A stretch of DNA of 64,000 nt from Octopus sinensis (GCF_006345805.1 NC_042999.1:41106001-41170000), one strand, 5' to 3'. Counted from the stretch's first letter, positions 1-13,957 are shown. Translations and numbers: made by a program. Notes: generated by a model from the sequence alone, not told the origin.

Positions 1-220
1 TATGTATGTGTGTGTGTTTGTGTGTCTGTGTTTGTCCCCCTAGCATTGCTTGACAACCGATGCTGGTATGTTTACGTCCCAGTCACTTAGTGGTTCGGCA
101 AAAGAGACTGATAGAATAAGTACTGGGCTTACAAAGAATAAGTCCCGGGGTCGATTTGCTCGACTAAAGGCGGTGCTCCAGCATGGCCGCAGTCAAATGA
201 CTGAAACAAGTAAAAGAGTA
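1..220 (+). mobile_element. SINE family A, 3' half (cut by window edge)
   Basis: Matches the 3' half of full copies (17945-18344, 22627-23044): cttgacaaccgatgctgg...ggcggtgctccagcatggccgcagtcaaatgactgaaacaagtaaaagag. Confidence 0.9.
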
Positions 221-534
221 AGAGAGTATAGGAGAATAGAATATATAAGTATTTTCATCAACATATTTGTGAATTTCGAACTCTAAATTCCAAAATTATC
301 AACTATTGTCTGTATATATGTTTATGTGCATAGTTCTGCATGTACTTATGGTAGGATGGAGAGTCGACAAAAAAAAAACGAACGGATATATAAAGAAGCA
401 AAACGGAAATCATGTTCCGGGTTAAATATTCCTGATTGATTCACATATTTGTGTGTACGTGTCTGTTTTTACATAAGTATGTATGCATGTATGTATGTAT
501 TCATCTATGTGTGTTTATATGTATGAAGTAGTAT

Positions 535-797
535 ATCAATATCTATAAAGCTGAAATGCGAAAAAGTTGTTTGGTTTCTTGGTTATTTGTCTCATTTTGG
601 GATGGGAACGGTTTAAGGGGCGGTAGATGGGGTCGGATTGGCACCAGAATTTACGCTGGGGGAGTGGGGGAATGGTGTGGGCAATGATGTGAGGAGGGTA
701 AAATAGGGTGAGCAATGGTGTGAGGAGTCGCTCGGGGCTACCGTTTGGTTGCCATCACCACCAAAACCCGAGCGAAGCACAGGTCAAAATGGCTAAG
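535..797 (+). mobile_element. Degenerate non-autonomous Helitron-like element
   Basis: Start a|tcaatatctataaagctg; end cccgagcgaagcacaggt...gctaag resembles the hairpin plus CTAG end of the 52143-52527 element. Confidence 0.5.
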
Positions 798-1884
798 ATA
801 TTTATAATGTTTTAAATGTATGCATATGTATATAACATAAGCGTTCGTGTATATTTAAAATTGTTTTACTGTTTTATAAATTGCAATAGATGATATCTTT
901 TTAGGACACATCAATATTTATATTTTGTAAAATATTCATTAAAAAATGAAAGCGTATCACCTGAGAAGTAAGAGCGATAATATCAATGAGTTGGTGCGAT
1001 AAAGTTTAGTTAGTCCGTTAGGATCGTAATATTGATTCATTCAACATTGATATTCTGTATTGATTGGATAGTATCTATTTTCTGTTAAGCTTCGTTATAT
1101 GTTAGAAAGGTGCTAAATGAAAGTGAGGGAAGGAGAGCGAGAAAGAGAGAGAAGTGTGGTGACAGAGAGAGAGAGAGATAGTCATAAATATTCGGTGAGA
1201 GAGAGAGAAGAAAAGCAGTTGAATATAAAATAGAAAGAAAATGGTTAGAGAGAAAGTGAGAGAGAGAGGGGGGGGAGAGAAAAGGAAAAACATAAAATAC
1301 AAAGAAATTCATTGATTCATTGGAGCTAAATAAATAAATAAATAGATAAATACACAAAAGAGCAAAAGCACCAATATATACACGATTCACAACCGGTCTC
1401 ACTGGATATAACAACAATGACAAATCAATCAAACAACCGCTAAAGCCACGAATATTCTCCTTCAACACCACCGTCATCATCATCACCAACGACACGAACA
1501 GTACGGTCAGAAACTTCAACAGAATCATTAACCACCCTTTTTACAACAACTCCAAACAAAGGTAAGAATCGTCAATAACATCGATACTCTAGCTGCATGT
1601 ATAACTAACATCAACAAGAACAACTGCCGGAAACAAGGAAGCAAATAAAACAACCGAAATAGAATACTTAATGTAAGTATGTAAGGAGTTCAGATCTTTA
1701 ACAGTCAAGATAGTGTTCATGAATGATTTCAATTATGCACCACAGTAAACCTTACATAATAAATATTGATAAAAATCTCTTGATATGCTCAAGTTCTGTC
1801 GTATTTTTCTTTTTCTTTGAAATTCAGTTAGTAGTTTGCTGTGTGCATTTCTGATAATGCTCTTATCGCTACGATGGCCGGCAA

Positions 1885-2075
1885 TAATCCTTTATGCCTG
1901 GAATTTTCCCTAGAAAAGGGTTAGTAAACTACGTCGAACCCAGTGTTCAATTGATACATATAGCGTCGACCCCTAAAGGGATGAAAGACAAAATCGACCT
2001 CGGCAGAATTTAAACTGCGAACCTAGAGCTGGAAAAAAAAATGCTGCTGTGCGTTTTCTCTAGCGAGCTTAACTA
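1885..2075 (-). mobile_element. Degenerate SINE family B
   Basis: gtcgacccctaaagggatgaaagacaaaatcgacctcggcagaatttaaact matches the B core tcgaccccgaaaggatgaaaggcaaagtcgacctcggcggaatttgaact. Confidence 0.75.
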
Positions 2076-2247
2076 TTACGTTAGGTCACCGTTATATTTG
2101 ACGGCAAGTACTTTCTAGCATTCTAAGTCATCTCAGTTACTCTACGTTCTACTGAGTTCCACTCACCCTCTCTTACACTCGTCACTCATTGCATACACAC
2201 ATACACGCACATCTAAACGCGGAGTAGATGAAACCATGGCGACTGAA

Positions 2248-2470
2248 GAAGGGGAATTTTCCTTTTGTTATTTGTCCTGTACTCTATTTTTTTCGTTGTT
2301 TAAGAAAAATGTCCAGTTCCTTGGTTTTGTGTTTATGTTTTCGTTTTCATTGTGTTCGACGTTTTCTTAGTGTCCTGTACCCATATATGCATGTATATAT
2401 ACATGTAGATGTAGGTACGTACATATATGTATGTATATATGCATATGTTTTATTTATTAATTTGTTATTA
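2248..2470 (+). repeat. Unclassified dispersed repeat (family K)
   Basis: ctgaagaaggggaa...gtacccatatatgcatgtatatatacatgtagatgtagg recurs in reverse orientation at 34665-34790. Confidence 0.65.
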
Positions 2471-2511
2471 CACGACAGAACGCACGCATCCATTTCAAAG
2501 TAAGTTTGTTC

Positions 2512-2555
<44 letters not shown>

Positions 2556-2921
2556 TAGGTGGTGCTATTAAGTTAGATATGGCCTGGGCCAATCTTTGGT
2601 TGAAACATATCTAAGTTAAGTACACACACACACACACACACACACATACACACACATCTGGAGTACATCCTTATTGATCTGCCTGAGCATTTCAAAGGCG
2701 CGTGTACTTTTAATGTAATTCAGAAGAAGCATTATAGCATAGTATAGAACAGAGCTGTTATTTGGAATTATGCGATGGGCTTCCATACAGTTTCCATCTA
2801 CCTGCTCTCATTTACACATCTACCTGAGACCATAGAAAATGATACTAATTATACTTTTCCAACATGCCACGCACTATGGTCGAACTGGGAACGTCTTAAT
2901 CATTCGTCTATTTTACACTTA

Positions 2922-2996
<75 letters not shown>

Positions 2997-3160
2997 TGAT
3001 CGATCTATCTGAGTCTCTATCTATGTATATATATATATATATATGTGTGTGTGTTTGTGTGTGCATGGTTGTACGCTATGCGGCAGTGCTCATTGACCCT
3101 GCGTATCAAAAACATGTAAACGCATACACACACACGCACACACACACACACACACACACA

Positions 3161-3198
<38 letters not shown>

Positions 3199-3920
3199 TA
3201 CTATAATAAGCATTCACATGAACATCATGCATGCAAGATATATATATATGTGCATATATCCATCAAGTAATATACTTACATACGATGCTTTGACTACATC
3301 AATGTTATAACACAACACAATATACAATAAATGAATAAAATAACTTTTGCTAATGTTAAGAAGTCAGTAAGTTCTAATAATGATAATTGATCAGATGTAA
3401 CACAGATGTACCACATTACTTACTATCTATGATATCTTTCCGTTTCTTCATTTGCGTTTGATAATATATTTAATATTTCTATTCAGTTAGGATTTCTTTT
3501 GTTTTTTGTGTCACTGTGGAGTTTGTCATATCTTCATTCTCATCTCATATGAAAGGTAAATTCGAAGAGTTTGTCTTTGGTTTATGCTTTTATTTGTTGT
3601 TGTTGTTGTTATTATTTTTTTCGTTTAGCTGTTCCAAGAAAACGCCATAGATGTAATTGACAATAAGTCAGTATAATTCGTTTTGACGTGCAAAACAGAC
3701 ATGTCTATTTCCTGTCACTATTTCGAAATCAACGGCATCGCAGTGTCAACATAGCATGAATGTCTTTATATAAATAAATGTAAAAAATATGTTAGAGTTT
3801 TTTACACACACGCACGCAGGCACAAACATACACACATACTGTGTTTGAATATGTGTGCATTTGCATATAATTATTCTTGTTTGCTGTAAAAACGTCTATG
3901 CGTGCTTGTATGTGTGTGTG

Positions 3921-3968
<48 letters not shown>

Positions 3969-5054
3969 CACTAAGTATGTTACCATCGGCTTAATCGACT
4001 CGAAGGCACTACTTTTAGTGTTTCTCTCTGAAGACATGATAATAATTGAGATATTGGAACACAGTGTAAAGGAATGTAAATTGATACTTTATATCCCCTA
4101 ATGCGGTGCACTATAAATTCTGGTTAGCCACCAATTTTATACATGGAATAAATATTAATAAAATTATATCACTTGGTATCACATAAATCAAATCACCATT
4201 GATTTTCAATGTATCAAGTTTTCATAATTATTGCATTAACATTTAGTTGATTTTATAGACGTGTTTATATGTATGTATGTATGTATAAAGATGATAATAC
4301 AACGTACATATATATATTTATATATGCACTCATAATCATAGGCTTCCATACTTAGACATTAGTAAAATCGGAGACAGACGCATACAAACACAGAGACTTA
4401 CATACACGTAATCATAAAATTAAGAGGTATAACAGGTGAATTCAAATTCATTTCCATATGATGTTCATGTGATTACGGATGTTTCTTAATTTTTTCTATT
4501 TTTCCAATACTTTTAATTATATGCGTACTGTGAAATATACTTGATTCGTTGACTCTTTTCCACTTTATTTTCTACACATACATACGCGCGCGCACGCACG
4601 CACGCGCGCGCATATTAACAACGGGAATGAAGTGAACACTTCTTTTCATTGCATAAATTTACAACTGCTCCATTGATATGAAATAAAAGACATTGGAGCA
4701 AATGGATTTTATACATAAGACTGACGAGTCGATATTTTACCGCTATTAGTATAATGCCGATGTAATGTATTGTGTTACACATATCTAAGAATGTATCAAT
4801 ACTCTTCGGATAAAATATCGATGAAATAACTGCAAAAATTATTTAATAAAACGAATTATTCTCTTCATTTTTCTTCATAACATTCATATAAATTCTTCGG
4901 ATATCTATTGATTTTCAGGTATATCATCAGTAGAAGAATTCATTTCTGCTTGATAGTTGTATTGTATCTGATAACCACTACCCTCGGATGGGCCTAAAAG
5001 AGTATACTTCTAAGTGAAACCCAAACGGAATTGATAAATACACACATATAATGT

Positions 5055-5225
5055 ATGTATGTATGTGTTCCTGTCTGTGTTTCTTTTCCCTCACCTTCTG
5101 AAAACCACTGTCGATTTGTTTACGTTTCTGCAATTTGGCTGTTCGGCAAAAAATTTGTCCGACTGAGCACTTCAATGACCAGAGCCCAGCATGACCGGAG
5201 CCAAATGTCTAAAACAAGTAAAATA
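5055..5225 (+). mobile_element. Degenerate SINE A-related 3' half
   Basis: gttcggcaaaa...cccagcatgaccggagccaaatgtctaaaacaagtaaaa resembles the family A tail. Confidence 0.6.
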
Positions 5226-5384
5226 TTATTGTATAAAATATGACGACAAAAGGGAGTAGAGTGGAAAAAGTGTGTGTGGGGGGAATGTAGTTGAACTATT
5301 AATATCATGATCGACTTGGTCATTTTGACTCGTATGGAAATCTGTGCTCATTTTACAAAGCTCTCAGCGTTGGTGTGTTTGGTT

Positions 5385-5560
5385 TTCTTTTATTGTTTTG
5401 TTTGTTTCACTCATAACTGCGGCGAATTTGGAGCAACGCCTTGAAGGATTTTAGTCGAACAAATCGAGCCTAGGTTTTTATTTCGTAAGCCTAGTACTTT
5501 TCAGACTGCTACGTTACTGGAAAGTAAACACACTAACTCCGGTTGTTCAGTGATGGTGGG
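5385..5560 (-). mobile_element. Degenerate SINE A-related 3' half
   Basis: tttcactcataactgcggcgaatttggagcaacgcctt...gtaagcctagtactt is the reverse complement of the A tail. Confidence 0.65.
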
Positions 5561-5612
5561 TAGAAAACCACAGACAAAAAGATACACACAACACATACAT
5601 ATACTCTCTCTG

Positions 5613-6005
5613 TTTTACTCTTTTACTTGTTTCAGTCATCTGACTGCGGCCATGCTGGAGCACCGCCTTTAATCGAGCAACTCGACCCCGGGTCTTATTC
5701 TTTGTAAGCCCAGTACTTATTCTATCGGTCTCTTTTGCCGAACCGCTAAGTAACGGGGACATAAACACACCAGCATCGGTTGTCAAGCAATGCTAGGGGG
5801 ACAAACACACTCACACAAACACACACACGCATATATATATACATATATACGACAGGCTTCTTTCAGTTTCCGTCTACCAAATCCACTCATAAGGCTTTGG
5901 TCGGCCCGAGGCTATAGTAGAAGACAGTTGCCCAAGGTGCCACGCAGTGGGACTGAACCCGGAGCCATGTGGTTGGTAAACAAGCTACTTACCACACATC
6001 CACTC
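5613..6005 (-). mobile_element. SINE family A, full length
   Basis: tRNA-like head (rc gagtggatgtgtggtaagtagcttg...ggttcagtccc), internal (TA)/(TG) tract, tail rc aaacaagtaaaagagtaaaa. Confidence 0.92.
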
Positions 6006-6659
6006 ACCATGTGGTTGGGAAGCATAGTCTTTGCCACGCAACCACGCCCGTGCTTGTCTGATAGTACCATTTCTTTTTACCGTTATTATGTGTACATCCA
6101 TCGGCTGCTCTTATTGAGAGCAGCGGTCCGTTCTTGTTCGAACACATCAATGAATCTCACCTTGTTCTTTGCCTGTTCGACTCCAAACAAACCGGTATTT
6201 GTGTAAAATATTCATGGACTCATAAAATGATTACAGTCGACTACCGCATTGTTCGGATGCTTTCAGCAAAACGCCAGAACACGATACCGTTAAAACAAAT
6301 AATTATATTAGTAAATAATTAAATACACAAATAAATTAATTTTATATACATCCAATCTTCTCCTCATTTTTTTGGTATTTGTCCAAATATTTAGAATACG
6401 TTCCGATGTTCATGTCAATAATTCAAATAGTTTGCGATGTTTTTTGAAAAGCAACGGAAAAAACTGCAGGTGTTTACATCGACACAAATACACGCACACA
6501 AACGCATGCCCGCTGCACGCATACACACATGTCCTGTATGGAAACTGGCATGCCCGATTGGCAGGAAAGCTCGGTTGGTAAACATGCGTTCGCGGGTCTG
6601 AAACCAACGTGTCGCATGTTTGAAGAGAGATGGTCCAAAATTTGTATATTGGATAGAAT

Positions 6660-6960
6660 CTATCTCAACCGGGAGGTCCATATGCCCCCTGGGGGTCCAA
6701 AGCATAATAGTAAATAGGGGGTCCCCATAATTATATTAAGAGTCCATAAAAACAAACTTTCTTTACATGTATTTTTTTTGCAAGAAACGGCTAGGTTTCT
6801 AACATTTTACATGATTGAATATATTTCTGACCACGGAAAAGTGTTCTCTACGAGAGTGCTATTGTAAACCTACATAACTGAATGGCTGAAAAACAAAATA
6901 GAAATTTCTAAAGAAGTATCTATAAGACTAGTTTTTAAACATTGAATCGTTATGTAAGTC
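6660..6960. mobile_element. Partial copy of hAT-like MITE
   Basis: Shares tcaacc...catatg(g)cccc, gctaggttt...aacatttt and aagaagtatcta...actagttt with 20635-20974. Confidence 0.6.
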
Positions 6961-7294
6961 TATCAGAATAGAAGTGTAATCAAAGGTGTCTGCAAGTAAA
7001 ATATGGTTCAGAAATACTGGAATTGGAATAGAAGGAAATTTTTGAAACTCGTATCGTATATACCTGACCCAGCGTTATCACAGCTGTGCGCTCTGATGGT
7101 ATCATTTGAGATTTATACATACGAAAAACGTGCCTGAGTAAAACTCAACTTTTTGCAGTCGAATTCAACGCGTAGGTTGAATCACTGGACGCTGTGATAA
7201 CGAAAGTTTAACAAGGTATATATATATATATATATATATATTGAATAGACTCACAAAATATATTATTTTCAAGCAAAACACTTTACAATTCATG

Positions 7295-7337
<43 letters not shown>

Positions 7338-7571
7338 ACACACATGTATACATACACACAAACATGCACACACACATATATGCATCCACACGCGTACATA
7401 TTTATGCAAACAAGCAACGTTAACCTCGCTCAAAGGTTTTAACACTCAGTAACTGTTCATGGTCGATTCATTAGTCTCCTGTTTTAAAAGCTCGCTACAA
7501 AAATAATACCCAATGGATAGATTATTAACTTTCGCACTTTTATCTTGTATACCAGCTAATCTGATCAATCC

Positions 7572-7640
<69 letters not shown>

Positions 7641-8120
7641 ACACGTGCGTGTGTGTGTGTGTGTGTGTGTATTCGAGCAGTACATGCGCTGACAATGTGG
7701 ATTAATTGTATAAGTTGCATCTCTATATGTGGCGTAAATTATATTTCGGTGGTTGCTATTTTCAGTATAACAATAGTGTGGTTTACTGTTGAATATAATT
7801 TTTTTTCGTACATATAACATCAATGGAGTTCATTATCGACGTTATAAGCTAGGTTCTCTTGAGAAATTTTGTTACACTATTATCAGTGTCATACTAACAT
7901 TTGTAAATTGAAATCAAATTTCATTTCTATTTTTGGTTTCCATTGTTTGGCTTTGATTACGTTTGTAATGCTCTGTTACTCTCCAATTCACTGTCTATAA
8001 TGTCATCGGAGGACTTATATCAATGAAGACTTATAGAGCATTGTTACTTTTTACTAAAGCTAGTCTGAGAAATCTGAGAGATTTGTGGGAAAGTTAAAAA
8101 TAAACAAGACAAGAAAACAA

Positions 8121-8250
8121 CAGTGTGGTTATATGGCAAAAAGTTTGCTTCCCAACCACACATTTCTGGGTTCAGTCCCACTGCGCGACACCTTCGGACT
8201 GACTAGTAACTTGTGAGAGGATTTCCTGAACAGAAACTCAAAGAAGCCCA
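8121..8250 (+). mobile_element. SINE family A, 5' part
   Basis: gcttcccaaccac...gggttcagtcccactgcg...aaagaagcccatcgtata, running into (TA)n. Confidence 0.75.
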
Positions 8251-8254
8251 TCGT

Positions 8255-8308
<54 letters not shown>

Positions 8309-8360
8309 TACAGAGAGAGAGAGAGGGGGGAGAGGCAATTATGCGGATAAACAGATGAGT

Positions 8361-8396
8361 CTTTTACGTTTCGAGCCTACGCTCTTCTACAGAAAG
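8361..8396 (-). ncRNA. Minimal hammerhead-like motif, family C (core CUGUAGA)
   Basis: Reverse complement reads cttt-CTGTAGA-a-gagc(gtag)gctc-GAAA-cg-TA-aaag: stem I cttt/aaag, stem II gagc/gctc, palindromic ACGU stem III, GUA triplet. Confidence 0.55.
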
Positions 8397-8501
8397 GGAC
8401 ACAAAAAAAACAAGGAGAGAAACAAGGAAAGAAAAAAATGTGTGTAGTGGCTAACACATTTTTTTCTCTCCTTGCTTCGCCCCTTGTTTTTTTCTGTGTC
8501 C

Positions 8502-8537
8502 CTTTCTGTAGAAGAGCGTAGGCTCGAAACGTAAAAG
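8502..8537 (+). ncRNA. Minimal hammerhead-like motif, family C (core CUGUAGA)
   Basis: cttt-CTGTAGA-a-gagc(gtag)gctc-GAAA-cg-TA-aaag. Confidence 0.55.
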
Positions 8538-8627
8538 ACTTTTTCTATTCATGAGCGTTATACTAATACATCTGTTTGTTTTGTACTCCACCTCTCTTCG
8601 TCTTTTGGTTTTTTTTTCGTAAACTCT

Positions 8628-8683
<56 letters not shown>

Positions 8684-9009
8684 CTGAGTGGATAATCGAA
8701 AGAAGAGTATTCAGCACATTGATTGAGAGTTACATGTATGGATCTAAACAATTTGATTCAAATTCCGTGCTACTTAAAATTCAAAGCACAAGATGGTGCT
8801 AATCGGCAACCATTGCGAAAGGCCTATAAGTGCATGGCGGGAAAAAGCAATGGAAAATAAGTTCGACACCGTTTCATAGACCACTGCTACACTATTGCAT
8901 GTAGTCATGGCATTAGTCGAATATCCAATCTTGTGTGCGTGGTGATGGATAGGTAACTGCATACGACCGGTTACAAATACATATATTCATGTGTGTGTGT
9001 ATGTGTATG

Positions 9010-9041
<32 letters not shown>

Positions 9042-9225
9042 ACATTTGGATCGTTGTGGTGTATTGTTTGCTACTCTAAGAATAAGAAATGAAACTTAGA
9101 TACAATACCAACGTAACATACTGACATTAAAGCTTCCACTGTATCGTATTTGAAGATATACTATTTACAGTGTTGTGCTATTTCGAGCAGCCGATCACTG
9201 TATATAGTGTATGATAATAGTAATA

Positions 9226-9775
9226 ACCCTTTCTACTATAGGCACAAGACCTGAAAATTTTGGGGAGGGGACCAGTCGAGTACATCAACACCGGTGTTTC
9301 ACACGTACTTAATTTATCGACCCCGAAACAATGTAAGGCATGGGCGACTCAGGCGGCATTTGAAACCCAGGGCGTAAAGTCGGCTATATAAGGTTCATGA
9401 TAATCCTTTCTATTATAGGCACAATAGCTGAAATTTGATGGAAGGGGTTAAGTCGATTACATCGACTCCACTACTGATCTGGTACTTAATTTATCGACTC
9501 CGAAAGGATGAAAGTCAACGCCGGCCTAGCGGAATTTGAACTCAGAACGTGGCGAGGGGCGAAATATCGCTAAGCGTACTGAAGATTCTGCCAGCTCACC
9601 GCTTTTATAATAACAGCAACAACAACAACAACAACATTGTAATAATAATAGTTTCTACTATATGCACATGACCTGAAATTTTGGAGGAGTGGACAAGTCG
9701 ATTACATCGACCCCGAAAGGATGAAAACCAAAGGCTACCCCGGCGGTGTTTGGAACCCAGAACGTAAAGTTGGCT
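9226..9775 (-). mobile_element. Three head-to-tail SINE family B copies (B2 tail)
   Basis: Units start near 9226, 9400 and 9645, each with ctttcta(c/t)tataggcaca...gaaatt...agtcga.tacatc followed by the B core. Confidence 0.85.
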
Positions 9776-12311
9776 CATAATAATAATAATGATGATGATG
9801 ATGATAATAATAATAATCATAACAACAACAACAATATTCATGTAAATTAGAAGTCATTTGTAAATTATTGCTCTTTTATTAGCTTGAAGAAGTTAACTGA
9901 AATCCTATAAAACTAGAATATATAAAGTTTAGACGTTCGCTAAAATTGTCAGGCATTTTTATATATATATCTGTTTGATATATATCTGTTTGAATTATGT
10001 TCTTGTTAGATTAAACGCTCTCAGTGAAAAGCATAGTATTCAGATAATAAATATATCGTTACAAAAGTTTATGAGGAAACACATTATTACAATTTACCAG
10101 TTTGTTTTCTCTATAAAAATTAACACTTCTTGTATGAAAGCATCTATTATCGCTATACATATGTAATTCCAATTACATTAGAATTGCATCTGTGCTGTTT
10201 AGTATGAACTAAACTCAAAGCCTAAATGGGAGAAGCACATTGCCGGAGCCATTACCGTGCATATTTTATTTGATTTTTTTTTTGCCAGATGGCTCTTTGT
10301 ATGAGGTATGATTTATTCTGAATCGTAAAATACGTGACTGGCAAATTTAATGAACTTGTTAAGGTCTTGTGTACCAACCAATAAATACGTTTAGAAAATA
10401 CTTCATCGCTATTTACACCAGTTACGAATTTGCAAAAATAGTCTGCGTGGATATACAACATGCAGACTGATTTCTTTTGCTAATAAACGCTTGTGTGTGT
10501 GTGTGTGTAAGTCTGATACACACATATGTTAAAAAATAGGGAGACATAGACATTTGTATGCACTGCTGATTAGATTAAATTGACTCAAGGAGACGTGAAA
10601 TCAAACTAAAACAGCTTTGTCGACAATGTGACGGCATTGATCGATGTTCACATTTAATAGACGTGCCAAATTCTCTTATTTCTTTCTCATACGAAGATCA
10701 AGATGTCTTGAAAGTAATGAAAACAAATAATAACTGTGGGCTAGATCTTGTCATTCTGGACAAAAATTTCCTAAATTATGTGGGCAGGTCATGTATCAAA
10801 TACAATACACAGCAACGACCCGGACACGTCCTTCTGCGATATGGCTCCCAAGAACGAGAAAGACATCAGGGCAATATCGTAGAACCACAATTACCAATGA
10901 GTGGAGCAGAAAAATCTCCGTAGTGTAAAAAGGATTTATTTTGTTTCTTTGTTCCCAAACACCTCCCAGAATAAAATCAGAAATTTCTCCTAATAAAAGG
11001 ATCTTGGACCTGGAAAATGAAACTAAGCAAAATGTGAGATATGGAATTGTGAAAGCAACAATAGCGATTGGAGTATAGTGAAACAATACAAGCCCCATTA
11101 TTACAAACTCTGCACATCGTCCGCCATCGCAAAAAGAAAATAACATACATAGCATTGCTAGTGCAAACGACATTATACACAAGCTGTTTCGAATACCATA
11201 TTAAAATTCAGACTCAAACTCATTCTGCGACCAAACAAATACTTAATATAATCTCAATACTGAGAACAATAACACAATGCATATCTTTCCACGTCCGATG
11301 CAAATAACATCTCATCTACTGCATTAATACCAGGTAATAAAACACAGTCCACACAGCAGGTAGTCTATAAAATTACGCACCCAATAAAATAACAACATCC
11401 ACATTTACATAAAATGAAAGCCAGCCTTAAAAGCCCCAGCAACTCATGCAACACACACAGTATACAATTGCCATCGGATACTATACACATCACTCATAAT
11501 TCAGGAATCAAGTGCTCTACACAATTACCACCCGGACGCTATAACATATTTCACAACCCATTCTGTACACGCAAAACAAAGTCACTACCCAACAAAACAA
11601 GGAAATTGATATTGCACATACTCTACTCAAGAAAACAAATTATTAAAAACCGCACACAAAAACTAGAACAAATCAATCGAAAACAATAAAATAAAGCCAA
11701 ACAATCTTTACATCAACCAGAAGAAAATCATAAAGTATAACAATGCATACTTATCAGGAACACGAAGTTAGAACTACTGATGCGGAGAAGCTTGAATAAA
11801 ACAGTTGAAATATGATAAATAATATTTGTGGTAGTGGAGTGGCGGTGGCGGTAGTAGTGGTTCTGGTGGTGGTGGTGGTGGTGTTTTTCTCTTTGCTTCG
11901 TTTAAGGATTATATGTTGTCAAAAGCGAGCATGTTTTGAATCAGATACACGTGTGGATGCATTGGGAAAAAAGATTTTCTCAATATTAACAAACTTCAGT
12001 TTTTGCCACGCAGTAATTTTTACGAAGATTCAACGCTAACATACTTCAGAATTTTGAACAATAAATACGAATGTTTTGTAGAAACTGTATTACCAAAATT
12101 ATTAAATCACATTGGTGGAAAATCTCCAAGCCAGTCGAATGTGTATGTGACTATGTGACTGTTTCTATTTTTGAGTGTGTGCATGTGCGTGTACGTGAGA
12201 GAGAGAGAGAAAGAGAAAGAGAGAGAGTGTGTGTGTGTGGATATTTTTGAGGAATGTGACAAGAAATGTGATGTGTTGAGATGATAAAACGAAAAAAACC
12301 CAGCTATACTA

Positions 12312-12480
12312 CTACTAATAATAGGTTGAAATTTTGGCACAAGGCCCGCAATTTCCAGGAGTGGGTAAATCAATTACGTTGACCCCGGTTCACAATTTGT
12401 ACTTTGTTTTTTTATCGATCCCGAAAAAGAGGAAAGGTAAAGTCGACCTCAGCGGTATTTGAACTCAGAACCTAAAAGAA
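12312..12480 (-). mobile_element. SINE family B (B3-type tail), 5' truncated
   Basis: ttttggcacaaggccc...tttatcgatcccgaaa...aaggtaaagtcgacctcagcggtatttgaactcagaac. Confidence 0.8.
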
Positions 12481-13019
12481 CGTAGAATTATTTGAAGATG
12501 TCATGAGGAGTCTTAAACCGTAGGATGGGATAATCAGATGAATATATTCAATGAGAATGGAACAGAAAATATAATTGCTTCAATGTATACATGTAAGAGC
12601 ATTCTCACGTACATATTCACGCACACGCACACACACATACACACACACACACACACTCACGCTCACACACACATACTCACACTACATATCCGTGATGATA
12701 GCGAACGAGAACTTCAAATTACTAGATGAGAGTTTTCATCAGCACTAACCAAGTATATATGTATGTATGTATGTACGTATGCATGTATGTTTGTATACAT
12801 GTATAAATATGTGCGTGAGTGTACATGTACGTATACATGTATGTATGTGTGTGTACTTGTATGTATGTATATGTGTATGTATACATGTATGCACGCATGT
12901 ATTTATGTGCATGTGTATGTCTCTTGTGTACGATTGTATGTAAGATAAGTATGTTGAAAGAAAGTTACTTTGCTCTCTCTCCTCTCTCTCTCTCTCTATT
13001 TATATATTATATATATATA

Positions 13020-13060
<41 letters not shown>

Positions 13061-13853
13061 TAAAGGCAGACAGAACAGAGAATGATACAGTAATTGTACG
13101 TTTTGAGGTTAAAGAAAGGGAAACATGTAGAGCTTCAGACCAAGCAATTATTAGGCAAATACTAGGTAAGACACGACGGTGAAATAGAAGAATAAGGAGT
13201 GCAGAATGAGATTGTATAGATGAAAGTGTGCTGAAAGCTTTAACAATAAATGCTGTTAGTCGTAGTTAGGGTGATGATGATGATGATGGTGATGATGATG
13301 TCGATGATGATGATGTTGAATGCAGTTGGCCGTAGTGTGAATAAGGAGAGAGGAAAAAAAATCGATAAATGTTTCGATCTGCTTTTGGCTGGAGATACAC
13401 AAGAGTCGATCATCTGGTGTCACGCATTTTACACGACAAGTTCAGTTTCCATGACAACCGATGAGAGATCACGTGCTACGGCGTAGAACATTTAGAAGAT
13501 ATATTGACTTTGTATGGAAGGTTAATACGTAGGGAGATAACATCAAAGATAGACCGGCACGACATTAAAGTGTCTCGGTTTTAGTGTCGCTCATCTTTGA
13601 TCGACTTGTTTGAAAATTTGAGATCGATATATCGATCGCTATGCATCCACTGTCTATCTACTGCTCTCTCTCTCTCTCTCTCTCTCCCGCTCTCTCTCTC
13701 TCTCTCTCTCTCTTTCTATAACCACTATTTCTTTTCTTTTTTTCCCCTTCCATATGTAATTTGTTAATTTCTCTCTTCCTCTTCATCTATCGCTCTCTAT
13801 TTATTTCTCTCCTTCTTACCTTCTACTTTTAATTCTGTCTGTCTGTGCGTCTG

Positions 13854-13922
<69 letters not shown>

Positions 13923-13923
13923 A

Positions 13924-13957
<34 letters not shown>

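Larger units (their letters stand above)
8358..8630. mobile_element. Family C repeat (putative Penelope-like terminus), inverted pair with two hammerhead-like motifs
   Basis: Arms about 8358-8443 and 8454-8540 are reverse complements. The right copy continues through ...cgtaaactctccc into (TA)n, as do the copies at 14.1 and 35.3 kb. Confidence 0.7.

Noticed and set aside
4900-4925. ttttcag|gtatat as a recursive splice site
   Set aside because: Short pyrimidine tract and mediocre donor; expected by chance in 64 kb, and no host gene is established.
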